Source: Octopus vulgaris
Taxonomy: Eukaryota
DNA length: 64,000 nt
Assembly (NCBI GenBank): GCA_951406725.2
Contig: OX597842.1
Coordinates: 32,612,001-32,676,000 of the forward strand
Direction: 5' to 3'
Shown here: piece by piece, positions 61,216 to 64,000 of the stretch
How positions within the stretch are numbered: position 1 is the stretch's first letter
Layout of the letters: each line of letters opens with the position of its first letter
Position numbers and translations under genes: made by a program
The notes under the pieces: model-generated
Databases searched by the model: none
What the model was told of the DNA's origin: nothing
Seen by the model: only the letters and a program-made list of their open reading frames with translations

Positions 61216-61402
61216 TCCCCCCAACATCGCTTGACAACCGATGCTGGTGTGTTTACGTCCCCGTAACTTAGCGGTTCGGCAAAAGAAAGACCGATAGAAT
61301 AAGTACTAGGCTTACAAAGAATAAGTCCTGGGGTCGATTTGCTCGACTAAAAGGCAGTGCTCCAGCATGGCCGCAGTCAAATGACAGAAACAAGTAAAAG
61401 AG
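60575..61402 (+). mobile_element. Two tandem SINE family A heads plus tail, with a nested hairpin element (60957-61134)
   Basis: Heads at ~60575 and 60749; tail 61210-61402. Confidence 0.75.
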
Positions 61403-61534
61403 TGAAAGGGTAAAGTGTAAGGGCAGCGTATTTTATCAAAAATATGGTAACAAAAGGCTTAAAGTGATCTTATTTAAAACCCTCAATCAAAATTCCCAGT
61501 TTATATGTTGCAAACAGCAGATTAATTAATTAAT

Positions 61535-61726
61535 ACTCTTTTCTTTTACTCTTTTACTTATTTCAGTCCTTTGACTGCGGCCAGGCTGCAGCACCGCCTT
61601 TAATCGAGCAACTCGACCCCGGGACTTATTCTATCGGTCAATTTTGCCGAACCGCTAAGTAACGGGGATGTAAACACACCAGTATCGGTTGTCAAGCAAT
61701 GCTAGGGAGACAAACACAGACACACA

Positions 61727-61780
<54 letters not shown>

Positions 61781-61961
61781 TATATATACATATATACGAC
61801 GGGCTTTTTTTTCAGTTTCCGTCTACCAAATCCACTCAGAAGGATTTGGTCGGCCCGAGGCTATAGTAGAAGACACTTGGCCAAGATGCCACGCAGTGGG
61901 ACTGAACCCGGAACCATGTGGTTGGTAAACAAGCTACTTACCACACAGCCACTCCTACGCC
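61535..61961 (-). mobile_element. SINE family A, full length
   Basis: Reverse complement of the consensus. Confidence 0.85.
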
Positions 61962-62276
61962 TAACGTCAAAGTTATTTTATCAAATTTTTTCCTTATTTC
62001 TAATATTAATTGAAACAAGAGCAGCAGATTTTAACAGAAATATGGTAACAAAAACGTTAAAGTTATCTTTTTAAAAACCTTCTACCACAATTTGTATGTT
62101 AATTTAAGTTGCAAAAATTAGATTAATTAACGGCAATGTTAATTTACTATTTATTTACTTCATTATTTTCAAATTTAATAGAAACAAAAAACAATTTATT
62201 CCAGAAGGAATTTGGTAACGAAGTCTAAATGCTTTTGGTAGCCAACATTCCTGAAACTTATCTCTTGTTGAAGAAT

Positions 62277-62727
62277 ACTCTTTTACTCTTTTACTCTTTT
62301 ACTCTTTTACTTGTTTCAGTAATTTGACTGCGGCCATGCTGGAGCATCGCCTTTTAGTCGAACAAATCGACCCAAGGACTTATTCTTTGTAAGCCTAGTA
62401 CTTATTCTATAGGCGTCTTTTGCAGAACCGCTAAGTTACAAGGAACGTAAACACACCAGCATTGGTTGTCGAGCGATGTTGGGGGGACAAACAGACACGC
62501 AAACATATACACACACATACATATACATATACGACAAGCTTCTTTCAGTTTCCGTCTACCAAATCCGCTCACAAGGCTTTCGTCGGCCATGCTGGAGCAC
62601 CGCCTTTAGTCGCAGAAATCGACCCCAGGACTTATTCTTTGTAAGCCTAGTACTTATTATATCGGTTCTCTTTTGCCGAACCGCTAACTGACGGGGACGT
62701 AAACACACTAGCATCGGTTGTCAAATG

Positions 62728-62765
<38 letters not shown>

Positions 62766-62978
62766 CTTATGTATATGCTTGTGTGTCTTTGTTCCCCCAT
62801 CATCGTTTGATAGCCGATGTTGGTGTGTTTACGTCCCGTATATTAGCGGTTCGGCAATAAAAAAAAGACAGAATAAGCACTAGGCTTACAAAGAATAAGT
62901 CCTGTTGCTGATTCGTTCGGCTGAAGGTGGTGCTCCAGCCTGGCCGCTGTCAAGTAACCGAAACAAATAAAAGAATAA
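62277..62978. mobile_element. Cluster of SINE family A fragments (two minus, one plus tail)
   Basis: Tails at 62277-62580 (-), 62583-62725 (-), 62780-62978 (+). Confidence 0.75.
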
Positions 62979-63433
62979 AAAAAAACTAAAACCAACCCCA
63001 ACACGACCACCACTAGTAACAAGAACAACGACACAACACATTCCACCACCACCAACACGACTACAGTATCACCATCGCCCCCATCATCTCCAGTACCTCC
63101 ATGGGCAACACAAGCAGAACCGCTCCTCCCCCTCCCCACTGTATTTTCTTTCTTCTCTTTCATACTTCTTCTTCTGCCGTCTCTCCTTCTTTACCAGCTA
63201 CTTCTCTCTCTCCACCCTCAGTTTCTATCTTCTTCTCGTCTTCTTCTCACTCTCTCCTTCTCACTCTTCTCCCTTCGCTCCGATCTCGCTTATCTCCCTT
63301 CACCTTCATCTCTCCCTTTCCTTTCCAACCAACTTCAACAAACTTTCTGCCCTTCCCTCATCACTGTACACGCCACTTCTTTTCGCATTTATCTGCACAG
63401 CCCTCCCGCTCCAACACACACACACAGAAACAT

Positions 63434-63561
<128 letters not shown>

Positions 63562-64000
63562 ACATAACAGTCCACACCATGAACCCGCTTTTCGTTAAGA
63601 ACTTTCTCCGCTTTTCCTAAAACTAAAGCCTCCAGCTTTGTCGGCTGTTAAGCCTCTTAACGCATAAACGCATTGCAGTCGACACCAACAAACTTTTACA
63701 CGCTCTCTATCCCTATCTATCTCGTTCTCTCACTCTTTCTTCATTCACCTCCTTCATCTCTTTCTATACACCTATTACTCCTCTTCGTCTTCTTCTCCAT
63801 ACCACAACACACAACAAGCATTACCTCACTTTAATCCCACCACCGCCGTCGCTATTGCCGACTCCATCGCTGCCGCTACAACGCTTCATTTTTCCCCTCC
63901 CGACCACACAGCCATACAACCGACACGATTCCGCTGTTTATTTCCATGTCAAATTGTTTGCGATTTTTTTATATCTTAACCTGTACCCTTCCCCACACAG

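Overview
Eukaryotic non-coding DNA with extremely dense microsatellites ((TA)n, (CA)n, (GATA)n, (TATG)n, (CAT)n, (GGT)n, (TAA)n). The microsatellite load and the tRNA-derived SINE families suggest an octopod cephalopod genome; this is inference. No host protein-coding gene can be supported, and nearly all listed ORFs are translated microsatellites. Recognisable content: at least three tRNA-derived SINE families, two non-autonomous Helitrons, a decayed DD37D (maT-type) Tc1/mariner transposase, RTE-clade LINE fragments (one with a TSD, a 5' inversion and a 4x140-bp tandem 3' end), two R4/Dong-like RLE retrotransposon remnants, and a Tigger/pogo-like MITE. The most notable signal is a set of short, mostly unrelated AT-rich elements sitting in (TA)n tracts that carry type I hammerhead ribozyme motifs: four with an intact catalytic core, four core variants and several 3' half-motifs. 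Many are arranged as inverted repeats, as expected for Penelope-like pseudo-LTRs or retrozyme-like elements. One locus (31761-31920) is a near-perfect hairpin encoding a complete hammerhead on each strand.
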